From positions 1 through 64,000 of the IMG/VR virus record IMGVR_UViG_3300030376_006980: a stretch of 64,000 bases of DNA. The stretch is one strand, 5' to 3'. This DNA comes from a virus (taxonomy: Duplodnaviria > Caudoviricetes). The position numbers and the translations under genes are program-made. The notes below the pieces were generated by a model that did no database searches, was not told where the DNA came from, and was given only the letters and a program-made list of their open reading frames with translations. Of the stretch, positions 17,958 through 27,606 are shown piece by piece (position 1 is the first letter of the stretch; each line of letters starts with the position of its first letter).

Positions 17958-20948
17958 TTGGCAGCGGTAACACTAAAAGATTTAATGGATCCATTAACAA
18001 AGATCCAAGCAGCGACCGAGTCTTCTGCTGAGTCTTTAGATAACTTAACGTTAGCTTTAGCTACGAGTGTACAAACTAACCAAGCTACTTCAGATAAAAC
18101 TAGTGATTCTATAAATGCATTAACTGCAACCTTAAGTGCACCAGATGCCTTTATGGATTCTATTCAGACTGCTATATTAGCAGAACTTCAATTACAAACT
18201 CAGTTAATGAGAAAGAAAGGTGGTGGAGGACTTGCTACTTTATTTGGTGGAGGTGGTGGAGGTAAAGGTTCTAAATCTGCTTTTGCAGAAGGAGCTAGTG
18301 CATTTGAAATGTTAGGTGCTGGGACAATAAGTATGGCTAAAGGTTTATTGTTATTTATGTTAGTACCTGTAAAGACCGTTAACAAATTTAATGATTTTGT
18401 CAGAAATCAGATAGAGATGTGGGCAGATTCAGATCCTAAAAAGATGTCAGAAGGAACTGCCACTTTAATGTTAATGGGTGATTCTATATTTAATTTTGCA
18501 AAGTCATTAGCATTAGCTGCTCTTTTATTAATACCTGCCGCTATAGGTATTCCAATGTTATATTTAGCCACTGCTCTAACTGTGCCATTATTTTTGTTAT
18601 TAGGAATGGGAGCTAAGACCATACAATCAGGTGGAGAAGCATTAGAACAAATGGGAACTTCTATAGCTAAGTTTGCATTAGGACTAGCTGCGTTTGCTCT
18701 AGTAACAGCTTTAGTATTAATGGGTGGTCCAGTATTAATGATGGGAATGGTTGGAACTTTATTATTAATAGGTGGAGCCGTAGCCGTTTTAGGATTAGTA
18801 GATAAAACTATTAAGAAAGGATCTGTGGCATTGGCAGTAATGGGACTTGGGTTAGCTGTCTTTGGTTTAGGATATGCCGTATTTGCATTAACAGTTGCTG
18901 CAACTGCTCCAACATTAGAAAGTTTATTATTACAGGCTGGAGTTTTAGTAGGTATAGGAATAGCCACAGCAATATTAGGATCTCTATTTAGTTTGATTAT
19001 TCAAGGTGCAGCTTCAATGGCAGCAATGGGAATAGGTTTATTTGTATTTGGTTTAGGTTATATACCATTTGCTTTTGCTACTAAAGATACAACACTGGAG
19101 GATGTCGGTGTACAAGGTGCATTATTATTAATGTTAGGTTTAGAATTTGCAGCAGCAGGATTAGGCGCATTATTTATTATTCCAGGTGCAGCTGCATTTG
19201 CTGCAATAGGTGGAGCTTTACTCTTACTAGCTCCAGGGTTAGCAGCTATTCAAAAAGTAGATTTTACAGAAAAAGATGCTCTTAAATTAACAACAACATT
19301 AGCTGGTGTAAAAGCAGCATTTATAGGACCTCCTGGTAAAGGTGGTATAGGTGGATTCTTTAAGAGTATAGGTGGAGCTTTAACTGGAGCAGTTGATTCA
19401 GTTAAGATGATTGCTGCTGCCGCAGGTTTTGCTGCTGCTGGTGTTGCTCTTTCAAAATTATCTGTAGGATTAAAAGATTATCAAAAATTAGATTGGACTG
19501 ATAATGACAGTTTAAGATTAACTGGAGTTTTATCTGGTATAACAACAGCGTTTGCACAAGCAGGTGGTGAACCTGCAACACCAACAGGTTTATTTGGTGC
19601 TGTCTTTGGAAATGCATTTAGTCCTAATGCAACAAAAAGAGGTATTGATTCAGTGATGGGTGCAGGTAAAGCATTAACTAGTATTGCTGAAGGTTTAACG
19701 GCATTTTCTAAATTAGTAGAAAAGGATGTTGATTTTGAATATGTTGGTCAACAAATAGAATTAACGGTAGGATTTATACAAAGAGCATTTGCTGCTGTTG
19801 CTGATGAAGGTAATGTTGAAGCAGGTGGATTCTTTAATTCATTATTTGGAATTAAGAAGAATAAAGTTGCTGAAGGTTTAAGTGCGGTGCAAGGTGCAGG
19901 TGCTGCGTTAAAAGATATTGCAATAGGTTTAACTGAATTTCAAAAATTAGTTGAATCTAAAGTAGACTTTGATGCGGTCGGAGCTGCTATATCTAAATCA
20001 GTTGGTTTTGTACAAGAAGCATTTTCAGCCGTTGCAGAACAAGGTAATGTACAGGCTGGTGGTTTTTGGGGAAGTTTATTAGGAATTAAGAAGAATAAAG
20101 TACAAGAAGGTATACAATCAGTACAAGGAGCAGGAACTGAATTAGAAAAAATTGCTAATGCATTATCTACATTCTCCGGTATAGAAAACGTAGAAGAGGT
20201 GGCTGGAAAAATCAAAGTAACTTTAGGTTTAGTTGGTGATGCATTTGCTTCTATCGGTGGATCTGAAAATGAAGAAAGTGATTCAGCTTTCTTTGGCATG
20301 ATTAAATGGGATGAAAATAAAATACAAAAAGGTATTGAAGCTGTTGATGGGGCTGGTGCTGCATTAACTGATATTGCCGAAGGACTCAAATCTTTTAGTG
20401 GTGACTTTCAACCAGAAGCAGTTGCTACATCTGTAGGTAAATTATTAACTTCTATAGGAACAGCGTTCAGTGATCTTTATACAGCTAACCCTGAAATGTC
20501 TGAAGAGTTAGATGATTTTAAATCCTTTATTGTAACTTTAGGAGATGTAGCAGAAAAAGGACAATTAGATAAAGCTGCTGATGGTATTTCTAAAATAGCT
20601 GATTCAATTAATAAAATAGATGTTGATAAAGCAGTATCATTCGGTAACTTATTTAACAGTGCATCTGATTTATCTTCTAACAGAGGAGCATATCGTGCTC
20701 TAGCTCGAGCAGTTGAAGATATCCGAGATATAATGGTTGCAGATACTGGAGGTAGCGATGGTGGTGTCGTTGGAGCAATTAAAGATAAGGTATTTGGTAA
20801 GTCTGAACCTAAATCATCTAGCAGTGGTGGAAATAAAGCATTAACTAGTACTCTTAATAATCTTAATAGAACTATAGGTGCATTACCTAATCAAATGAAA
20901 ACTGCTCTTGCAACTGCTACTATTACAGTTGAAGATCCTAATCGTTAA
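17958..20948 (+). CDS. Tape measure protein (TTG start)
   Basis: 996 aa, Ala/Gly/Leu-rich with hydrophobic central segment and periodic helical repeats; follows chaperone. Confidence 0.8.
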   Translation: MAAVTLKDLMDPLTKIQAATESSAESLDNLTLALATSVQTNQATSDKTSDSINALTATLSAPDAFMDSIQTAILAELQLQTQLMRKKGGGGLATLFGGGGGGKGSKSAFAEGASAFEMLGAGTISMAKGLLLFMLVPVKTVNKFNDFVRNQIEMWADSDPKKMSEGTATLMLMGDSIFNFAKSLALAALLLIPAAIGIPMLYLATALTVPLFLLLGMGAKTIQSGGEALEQMGTSIAKFALGLAAFALVTALVLMGGPVLMMGMVGTLLLIGGAVAVLGLVDKTIKKGSVALAVMGLGLAVFGLGYAVFALTVAATAPTLESLLLQAGVLVGIGIATAILGSLFSLIIQGAASMAAMGIGLFVFGLGYIPFAFATKDTTLEDVGVQGALLLMLGLEFAAAGLGALFIIPGAAAFAAIGGALLLLAPGLAAIQKVDFTEKDALKLTTTLAGVKAAFIGPPGKGGIGGFFKSIGGALTGAVDSVKMIAAAAGFAAAGVALSKLSVGLKDYQKLDWTDNDSLRLTGVLSGITTAFAQAGGEPATPTGLFGAVFGNAFSPNATKRGIDSVMGAGKALTSIAEGLTAFSKLVEKDVDFEYVGQQIELTVGFIQRAFAAVADEGNVEAGGFFNSLFGIKKNKVAEGLSAVQGAGAALKDIAIGLTEFQKLVESKVDFDAVGAAISKSVGFVQEAFSAVAEQGNVQAGGFWGSLLGIKKNKVQEGIQSVQGAGTELEKIANALSTFSGIENVEEVAGKIKVTLGLVGDAFASIGGSENEESDSAFFGMIKWDENKIQKGIEAVDGAGAALTDIAEGLKSFSGDFQPEAVATSVGKLLTSIGTAFSDLYTANPEMSEELDDFKSFIVTLGDVAEKGQLDKAADGISKIADSINKIDVDKAVSFGNLFNSASDLSSNRGAYRALARAVEDIRDIMVADTGGSDGGVVGAIKDKVFGKSEPKSSSSGGNKALTSTLNNLNRTIGALPNQMKTALATATITVEDPNR
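19287..20650 (+). repeat. About six imperfect 74-79 aa repeats in the tape measure protein
   Basis: Repeat starts 19287, 19518, 19755, 19989, 20211, 20433 (e.g. IELTVGFIQRAF / ISKSVGFVQEAF / IKVTLGLVGDAF; GIKKNKV twice). Confidence 0.75.
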
Positions 20949-20953
20949 TTTTT

Positions 20954-21403
20954 ATGAAATACGCAATTTTTAAAATGGATAGAGGCGATATTAAGTTTCG
21001 TCTTTATGAAGAAGCTCCTATACAAGTTAGAAGATTTATAGATAATGCCAATAATGGATTATTTAAAGAAATTAAATTTGGTAGAGTAGTTCCTAACTTT
21101 ATAATTCAAGCTGGTCCTAACCCAAGACCAGATAATAAACCACATTCTTATATGTGGGATGAACACCAACCTCCACGTAGAACTAAAGATAATAATTTTC
21201 ATGCATACGGTGTATTAAGTGCAGCCAATGCTAGCCAAGAACATACATCAATGGGGGCGTTTTTTATTTGTTTAGGTAGATGGAATACTAAAAGATTAGA
21301 TAAACATCATACTACATTTGGTCATGTAATAGAAGGTATACAATTAATTGAACAAATAGAAAAAGATGAGGTTATTCATAATATAATCATTACCGATTCT
21401 TAA
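20954..21403 (+). CDS. Cyclophilin-type peptidyl-prolyl isomerase
   Basis: FGRVVPNFIIQAG, GVLSAANA, FFICLG, LDKHHTTFGHVIEG. Confidence 0.85.
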   Translation: MKYAIFKMDRGDIKFRLYEEAPIQVRRFIDNANNGLFKEIKFGRVVPNFIIQAGPNPRPDNKPHSYMWDEHQPPRRTKDNNFHAYGVLSAANASQEHTSMGAFFICLGRWNTKRLDKHHTTFGHVIEGIQLIEQIEKDEVIHNIIITDS

Positions 21404-21430
21404 AACTATCTCTTATTTCAGCTATATAAT
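21402..21430 (+). promoter_or_regulatory. Class B promoter (AAAACT-N17-TATAAT)
   Basis: Upstream of DEDDh exonuclease. Confidence 0.55.
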
Positions 21431-21462
21431 ATTTAATAACAGTTAAAGTTAAATAGAATAGT

Positions 21463-22266
21463 ATGAAGAAAAATATAGTTTGGTTTGATTTAGAAACCAC
21501 AGGAATAAGTACCTCAGCCGACCGCATAATTGAAATCTGTATGATAAAGACTGATTTTGATGGAAATGAAATTGACACTTATCATCAATTAGTTAATCCA
21601 GGTAATGTTCAGATGCGAGCCGAAGCTGAAGATAAACATGGAATTTCAATAGAGATGCTAAAGAATAAACCTACCTTTGAAATGATAGCATCTGAAATAA
21701 ACGATTTTATAGGCGATTGTGATCTAGGAGGATATAATGCATTATTCTTTGATGTACCTTTCTTATGTGAAGAGTTTATGAGATGTGGTATTGTATTTAA
21801 CCACAGAAGTAGAGCCGTAATGGACCCTTTCCTTATTTACAGTAATTATGAAAAGAGAGATTTAACTAATGCTTATAAAAAGTATACAGGAAAATCTTTA
21901 GAAGGTGCACATAGAGCTGAAGCAGATGTTAGAGCTACAATGGAAATATTTCAAAAACAGAGAGAAGTTTATGAAATGCCACAGACTGCTGAAGAAATTG
22001 ATAAAACAGTAAATACTCGTAGAGCAGATCAGGTAGATTTAGGAGGTAAGCTAAAATTTGATGAAGTAAACGGAAAGAGAACTATTGTATTCAATTTTGG
22101 TAAAAATAAAGGTAAGCCTTTTAAAGAAGTGTTTGAAATGGATGCTAGGTATATTGATTGGATTATTGATAAAGGTGAATTCTCTAAAGAATTAAAAGTT
22201 ATCTGTAGAAAGCTGGTAGAAAAATTTAAAGCCGAGGAAAACAAAAATATAGAAATGCCATACTAA
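21463..22266 (+). CDS. DEDDh 3'-5' exonuclease (DnaQ/epsilon-like)
   Basis: FDLETTG, GYNALFFD, AHRAEADV; C-terminal FNFGKNKG motif. Confidence 0.88.
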   Translation: MKKNIVWFDLETTGISTSADRIIEICMIKTDFDGNEIDTYHQLVNPGNVQMRAEAEDKHGISIEMLKNKPTFEMIASEINDFIGDCDLGGYNALFFDVPFLCEEFMRCGIVFNHRSRAVMDPFLIYSNYEKRDLTNAYKKYTGKSLEGAHRAEADVRATMEIFQKQREVYEMPQTAEEIDKTVNTRRADQVDLGGKLKFDEVNGKRTIVFNFGKNKGKPFKEVFEMDARYIDWIIDKGEFSKELKVICRKLVEKFKAEENKNIEMPY

Positions 22267-22268
22267 TC

Positions 22269-22297
22269 TTTCAGAATGAGAGAAAGTTTGTTATTAT
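22269..22297 (+). promoter_or_regulatory. Class A promoter (TTTCAG-N17-TATTAT)
   Basis: Exact 17-nt spacer, TTTGT just before the -10. Confidence 0.7.
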
Positions 22298-22323
22298 TAT
22301 AATATACTAAACATTAATATAAG

Positions 22324-22653
22324 ATGATAAAAAGATTAGAAAACTACAGCTTAGAAGATACTCGCTTTCATGGCCATTATTTTGAAGCTACTTTAGATGA
22401 TCTTGAAAAGGTGTGTGGTAAAGTAATGTACACTGATAATGATATTAAAGAAAAAACTCAAAATGAGTGGGAGATGTCAACTAAAGATGATGTACACTTT
22501 ACTATTTACGATTGGAAAGAATATCGAGAATATGATAGGGATGAAATGATTGAATGGCATATAGGTACAGAAAACAGATTTGGATCTCTAAAAGCGTATG
22601 AAGCAATGAAACGTGCATTTCATTTACATCCTAAAGTAAACTACAATATATAA
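22324..22653 (+). CDS. Hypothetical protein
   Basis: 109-aa ORF (FTIYDWKEY, WHIG). Confidence 0.6.
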   Translation: MIKRLENYSLEDTRFHGHYFEATLDDLEKVCGKVMYTDNDIKEKTQNEWEMSTKDDVHFTIYDWKEYREYDRDEMIEWHIGTENRFGSLKAYEAMKRAFHLHPKVNYNI

Positions 22654-22672
22654 AACCGATCTTTGAAATTAT

Positions 22673-23009
22673 GGGGGTGCCTGGCTTTGACATTTTGATT
22701 GAAGTTTTAAACACAGCACTGGGTGATGACCTACATCAATGTTAAGTGGAAACACTGAACTTGCAATGGCTGCCTAAGAGGTAAGTAAATGCACATCATA
22801 TTATTGAGTATACTTGTAAATAAGTTAGATGTAAAAGGAAGTAGTAACGTGTGAAAGGAAATGATAGCTTATTCCGTGAACCACACCACCCAAAGAGTTC
22901 TAATAAAAGTTATCCATTTTTGGAAGTTTAAGAAAACTTATCCTAAGCTGTAATAATGTTTTTTATGAATGCTTAATGGACGTGGGTTCGATTCCCACCA
23001 CCTCCACCA
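22673..23009 (+). ncRNA. ssrA: tmRNA, tag peptide (A)GNTELAMAA*
   Basis: 5' GGGGGTG pairs with CACCTCC-A-CCA 3' including G3:U alanine identity; T-arm GTGGG-TTCGATT-CCCAC; internal ORF 22748..22777 ending AA-stop; 337 nt. Confidence 0.93.
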
Positions 23010-23012
23010 CAT

Positions 23013-23086
23013 GGGGAATTAGCTCAGCTGGCTAGAGCGCCTGCCTTGCACGCAGGAGGTCATCGGTTCGACTCCGATATTCTCCA
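23013..23086 (+). tRNA. tRNA-Ala(UGC), CCA not encoded
   Basis: Cloverleaf GGGGAAT/ATTCTCC, D-arm GCTC/GAGC, anticodon arm CCTGC-CTTGCAC-GCAGG, T-loop TTCGACT. Confidence 0.95.
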
Positions 23087-23098
23087 CAAAAAATAAAC

Positions 23099-23287
23099 AT
23101 GATGAAAGAAGATTTTGAATTTGCGATTAGGGTTATTAGAAATAAGAAGAATAAATTCATACATTACCCAGCTATTAAACAATTAATTAAAAACTGGGCA
23201 TTTAAATGGAAAGAATATGATCACACTCCTCTTTATGCTGTTTATTTAAATTCTTTAAATATGAATCTTAAAAAATCTTTTAAATGA
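23099..23287 (+). CDS. Small hypothetical protein
   Basis: 62-aa ORF coupled to the next gene. Confidence 0.5.
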   Translation: MMKEDFEFAIRVIRNKKNKFIHYPAIKQLIKNWAFKWKEYDHTPLYAVYLNSLNMNLKKSFK

Positions 23288-23709
23288 AAGACATTAAATT
23301 TAGGCCAGTAGAACAAAAAGACTTTGCTGAAATATGTATACTTCTTAATCAACTAAAAGAACAAGAAATTAATCCATTTGAATCAGAAAGAATTTGGAAA
23401 GATTTTCTAGAAAATACAAGTAATAACTCTATTGTTGGTGTAGATGAAAATGATTTTGTAGTTGCTTATGGTAGCTGTGTAATTGAAAATAAAATCAGAG
23501 GAGAAGTTGCAGGACATATTGAAGATATTGTTGTAGATAAGAAAATGAGAGGAAAGAATGTAGGTGTAGATCTGATTAACGAATTAGTTAATTCTGCAAA
23601 GAAAAGAGGATGTTATAGGATAACACTGTTTTGTAAAGAAGAGCTTATAAATTTTTATTCTAAGAACGGTTTTAAGGTTAATAATGTTGTAATGAAAAAA
23701 TACTTATAA
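23284..23709 (+). CDS. GNAT acetyltransferase, GNA1 (glucosamine-6-P N-acetyltransferase)-like
   Basis: GHIEDIVVDKKMRGKNVG, GCYRITLFC, FYSKNGF. Confidence 0.8.
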   Translation: MKDIKFRPVEQKDFAEICILLNQLKEQEINPFESERIWKDFLENTSNNSIVGVDENDFVVAYGSCVIENKIRGEVAGHIEDIVVDKKMRGKNVGVDLINELVNSAKKRGCYRITLFCKEELINFYSKNGFKVNNVVMKKYL

Positions 23710-23738
23710 TAAACAAACTTAAGATATTACCATATAAA
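23710..23738 (+). promoter_or_regulatory. Class B promoter (TAAACA-N17-TATAAA)
   Basis: Upstream of topoisomerase. Confidence 0.65.
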
Positions 23739-23749
23739 AATAAACATAC

Positions 23750-25624
23750 ATGGCAGTAAGCATTGAAAAGAAGTACCAGAAATTAACCGATACAGAACAT
23801 GTATTATTAAGACCAGGTATGTATGTAGGATCAATTAAGCCACATACTGAAGAAGTATTTTTACCTATTAAAGGAAAAGATCAATTTCAATTAACTGAAG
23901 TAACATATAATCCAGGTTTCTTAAAACTCTTTGATGAAATTATTTCTAACTCTGTTGATGAGCATAAAAGAAATCCTAAACTTAATCGAATTAAAATAGA
24001 ATTAAATCAAGAAAGTGGTTTAATTTCTGTTTGGGATAATGGAGGTATACCTGTAGAGATTCATAAAGAGTATGATGAGTGGGTTCCTGAAATGATATTT
24101 TCAAATTTAAAGACAGGAAGTAATTTTGATGATAGTGAAGATAGAATTGTTGTAGGAACAAATGGTGTAGGTAGTACATTAACAAATATATTTAGTAAAG
24201 AATTTAAAATTCAAACTTGTGATGGTAAAAAACAATTCAACCAAACCTTTACCAATAATATGGCTGAAAGAACAAAGCCAAAGATAACTAAAAAGAAAAC
24301 AAAACATACTGAAATAACTTATCTTACTGATTTTGAAAGATTTGGTTTAAAAGGTATTGATAGGCATCATTACTTAATGATAACAAAAAGGCTTATTGAT
24401 ATTGCTGCATGTAATCCTTCCTTAAAAATATTCTTAAATGGTAATCCTATTTCTTTTAGAACATTTAAAGATTATGCAAGCAGATATGTTACTCCAATAT
24501 TTTATGAACAATCAGAACATTGGAAAATAGGTATAGGTCATTCAACAACTGGCTTTAAAGCTATATCATTTGTTAACTCTGTTGAAACTAAAGATGGAGG
24601 AACCCATGTGAATGATATTGATTGGCAGATAACTTCATTCCTTAGAGAAAAGATAAAAAGAAAATATAGGGTTGATGTAAAACCTTCTGAATTAAGGCAA
24701 CATTTATATTTGTTTATAAATTGTACAATTATTAATCCAGCATTTTCATCTCAAACAAAAGAAAAGTTAATTACATCACCTAAAGATTTTGGTACTAAAC
24801 ATATTTTAAGTGATAAAGTTTTAAGGCAAGTTTTAAATTCTGAAATCATACAATCTGTATTAGATTGGGTACAGAGAAAAAAGGATGCTGATGAAAGAAA
24901 AAAGTTAAGAAGACTTAATAAAGGTTTAGATAAAACAAAAGTACTTAAACTTATTGATGCAAAGAAAAGAGGTATCAGAGATAAATGTACACTTGCAATT
25001 TTTGAAGGTGATTCTGCATCATCTGCATTTAGAAGATATAGAGAACCACAATACCAAGGAGCCTTTCCATTAAGAGGTAAATTTATTAATGTAAGAGAAT
25101 TACCACCATCTAAAGTTGTACAGAATAAAGAGGTACAATCCCTGATGGCTGCTATAGGATTAAAGATTGGTCATGAACCTAAGGATTTAAGATATGGTAA
25201 AATTTTATTGTACACTGATGCTGATGTTGATGGTAATTCAATTTCTGCTTTATTAATTAATTTCTTAGGTAAGTATTGGCCAGAACTATTTAGTGAAGGA
25301 AAGATACTCAAAGTAGAAACTCCTTTAATGGTTGCAAAGAAAGGTAATGAATCTTTAAATTTTTATACAGAAGAAGATTATAAAGAATGGGAATCTAAAC
25401 AGAGAAGTTTAAGTAAATGGTCTATTGAATACAAAAAAGGTTTAGCTGCATTAGAGGATGCAGAATACAAGGAGATCATTAGAAGCCCGAAAACATTCAC
25501 CTTAACTAAAGATAAAGAATTTAACAGTACATTAGATATATGGTTTTCTAAGAACTCTGAACCTCGTAAAAGAAAGATATTAGGTCAAGCCGTAGAAATT
25601 AAAAACAAAAAATCATTATTTTAA
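23750..25624 (+). CDS. gp39: Type IIA DNA topoisomerase ATPase/TOPRIM subunit (T4 gp39+60 fused)
   Basis: EHVLLRPGMYVGS, DEIISNSVD, GTNGVGS, FEGDSA, PLRGK, YTDADVDG. Confidence 0.95.
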   Translation: MAVSIEKKYQKLTDTEHVLLRPGMYVGSIKPHTEEVFLPIKGKDQFQLTEVTYNPGFLKLFDEIISNSVDEHKRNPKLNRIKIELNQESGLISVWDNGGIPVEIHKEYDEWVPEMIFSNLKTGSNFDDSEDRIVVGTNGVGSTLTNIFSKEFKIQTCDGKKQFNQTFTNNMAERTKPKITKKKTKHTEITYLTDFERFGLKGIDRHHYLMITKRLIDIAACNPSLKIFLNGNPISFRTFKDYASRYVTPIFYEQSEHWKIGIGHSTTGFKAISFVNSVETKDGGTHVNDIDWQITSFLREKIKRKYRVDVKPSELRQHLYLFINCTIINPAFSSQTKEKLITSPKDFGTKHILSDKVLRQVLNSEIIQSVLDWVQRKKDADERKKLRRLNKGLDKTKVLKLIDAKKRGIRDKCTLAIFEGDSASSAFRRYREPQYQGAFPLRGKFINVRELPPSKVVQNKEVQSLMAAIGLKIGHEPKDLRYGKILLYTDADVDGNSISALLINFLGKYWPELFSEGKILKVETPLMVAKKGNESLNFYTEEDYKEWESKQRSLSKWSIEYKKGLAALEDAEYKEIIRSPKTFTLTKDKEFNSTLDIWFSKNSEPRKRKILGQAVEIKNKKSLF

Positions 25625-26964
25625 TGAATAGAACAGTAACTTCATTTTTTGATAAAGAATATTTAGAATATGCTAAATATGTTGTAGAGAACAGAGCAAT
25701 ACCAAGTTGTATTGATGGTCTTAAACCTACACAAAGAAAAGTTGTTTATATCGCAAATAAGATATGGAAAACCGGTAATGAAAAGCCAATGAAATTATTT
25801 CAGCTTGCAGGTAGAGTAGCAGCTGAGGCATTTTATCATCATGGTAATACTTCATTAGAATCTTCAATGGTTGGTATGGCTCAAAAGTTTAAAAATTCAT
25901 TACCATTATTAGAAGGTATAGGTCAGTTTGGATCTTTAAGATCTCCTGCTGCTGGTGCACCTCGTTACATAAGTGCTAAACTACATCCTAACTTTAGACT
26001 GCTTTACCAAGATTTTGAATTACTTGGTAATAAAATAGAAGAAGGTGAAAAAATTGAACCAGAGTATTTCTTACCTATTGTTCCTACTGTTATTTTAAAT
26101 GGTACATCAGGTATTGCTGTAGGTTTTGCTACAAATATTTTAAATAGAAATCCTATAGATGTTGTTAATGCATGTATTTCCGAAGTTAACGGAAAGAGAA
26201 TGAAAACATTAACTCCTTGGGTTAAAGAATTCAGAGGAACATTTACTAGAGATACTGAAAATCCTAAAACATGGAAAATAAGTGGCTCATATGAAATTGT
26301 AAATTCAAATACAATAAAAATAACTTCTATTCCTCCAAATTATACATATGAAAGATATGAAGAAATTTTAAATCTTTTAATGGAGAAAGGAATTATTATT
26401 GCTTATGATGATAACTCCTCAGAAACTATTGAATATGTTTTAAAATTTAAAAGAGCTGTCTTAAAAGATTTACTTTCAAAAAATAGATTAGAAAGAGTAT
26501 TAAGATTGAATACTCAAGAAACTGAAAACTTAACAACGATTGATGAGAACGGTGAATTAAAGATTTTTAATAAAGCTGAGGAAATTGTAAAACATTTTGT
26601 ACAAGTTAGGTTAGGTTGGTATCAAACAAGAAAAGATTATTTAATTGATAAAACAGAAAAACAATTAGCATTAGTTACAAATAAAGCTAGATTTATTAAA
26701 GATATTATTGAAGGTAAATTAAAAGTTAATAATATACCTAAAGAAAAGATTGTTAATTACTTAAAAACAAATGATTATGATACAGTACATGGATCATATG
26801 ATTATCTTTTATCAATGGCTATTCATTCTTTAACAAAAGAAAGATATGAAAAATTATTACAGGAGAAAGAAGGTTGTATTATTGCTCTTAAAACATTAAA
26901 AGCAACAGATCCTAAAGAAATGTATTTGACAGATTTAAAAAAATTAAAGGCAGCAATTAAGTAA
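25624..26964 (+). CDS. gp52: Type IIA topoisomerase breakage-reunion subunit (T4 gp52-like)
   Basis: RAIPSCIDGLKPTQRK, YHHG, GAPRY (catalytic Tyr), GIAVGFAT. Confidence 0.95.
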   Translation: MNRTVTSFFDKEYLEYAKYVVENRAIPSCIDGLKPTQRKVVYIANKIWKTGNEKPMKLFQLAGRVAAEAFYHHGNTSLESSMVGMAQKFKNSLPLLEGIGQFGSLRSPAAGAPRYISAKLHPNFRLLYQDFELLGNKIEEGEKIEPEYFLPIVPTVILNGTSGIAVGFATNILNRNPIDVVNACISEVNGKRMKTLTPWVKEFRGTFTRDTENPKTWKISGSYEIVNSNTIKITSIPPNYTYERYEEILNLLMEKGIIIAYDDNSSETIEYVLKFKRAVLKDLLSKNRLERVLRLNTQETENLTTIDENGELKIFNKAEEIVKHFVQVRLGWYQTRKDYLIDKTEKQLALVTNKARFIKDIIEGKLKVNNIPKEKIVNYLKTNDYDTVHGSYDYLLSMAIHSLTKERYEKLLQEKEGCIIALKTLKATDPKEMYLTDLKKLKAAIK

Positions 26965-26989
26965 ACTTTTTTTAAAAAAAGCATATAAA
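26962..26989 (+). promoter_or_regulatory. Class B promoter (TAAACT-N16-TATAAA)
   Basis: Upstream of the KTSC/kinase operon. Confidence 0.65.
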
Positions 26990-26995
26990 AATAAA

Positions 26996-27151
26996 ATGGT
27001 AAAATATAGGTTTTGTATTAAAGATGATTGTAGATTGGCCTGTAAAGCAGAGACAGAAAAAAAGGCATGGGAATGGTTAGCTGCCACTAAACATTTATCT
27101 GTAACGGAAGTTAAAAAACTATACTATATAAAAATAGAAGAAAATGATTAA
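26996..27151 (+). CDS. Small hypothetical protein, 51 aa (MVKYRFCIKDDCRLAC...)
   Basis: Hand-translated; fills the gap after the promoter and overlaps the next start. Confidence 0.55.
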   Translation: MVKYRFCIKDDCRLACKAETEKKAWEWLAATKHLSVTEVKKLYYIKIEEND

Positions 27152-27371
27152 AGAACAAACAACAACTGTTGATTCATCAATGATCAACAAATATATTTAC
27201 AATTTTGCAAGTAAAACATTAAAGGTAGAATTTAATGGTGGTGCATTATATGAATATAAAAATGTTGAATCAGATTTATATGATGAACTATGTAAATCAG
27301 AATCAACAGGTAAATTCTTCAACGAGAAGATTAAAAATAATTATGAACATACTCAACTTTTAATAGATTAA
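27144..27371 (+). CDS. KTSC domain protein
   Basis: SSMI..Y...TLKVEFNGGALYEY..V....Y..L..SESTGKFFN..IK. Confidence 0.85.
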   Translation: MIKEQTTTVDSSMINKYIYNFASKTLKVEFNGGALYEYKNVESDLYDELCKSESTGKFFNEKIKNNYEHTQLLID

Positions 27372-27372
27372 T

Positions 27373-27606
27373 ATGACAACAAATAAAAATGTACTTTATG
27401 ATGCTCTTAAAGCTCAATTTGAAGCAAAGAAGCAAAAGGCGTTAGCAACACTAACAATTTATTTAACTAATCCTGTAGGAATTGGTGAACACCCTCAACA
27501 TATAGAGGAAATGGTAAAGTTAGCTGAAGAATTGGCTGAAGCCGATGATGTGGTTAAAACTTTAGAAAAAACATTTGAAACACCACAACCTACTGCTGAT
27601 GAATAA
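27373..27606 (+). CDS. Conserved small phage protein (PVGIGEH motif)
   Basis: NPVGIGEHPQHIEEM; helical. Confidence 0.55.
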   Translation: MTTNKNVLYDALKAQFEAKKQKALATLTIYLTNPVGIGEHPQHIEEMVKLAEELAEADDVVKTLEKTFETPQPTADE

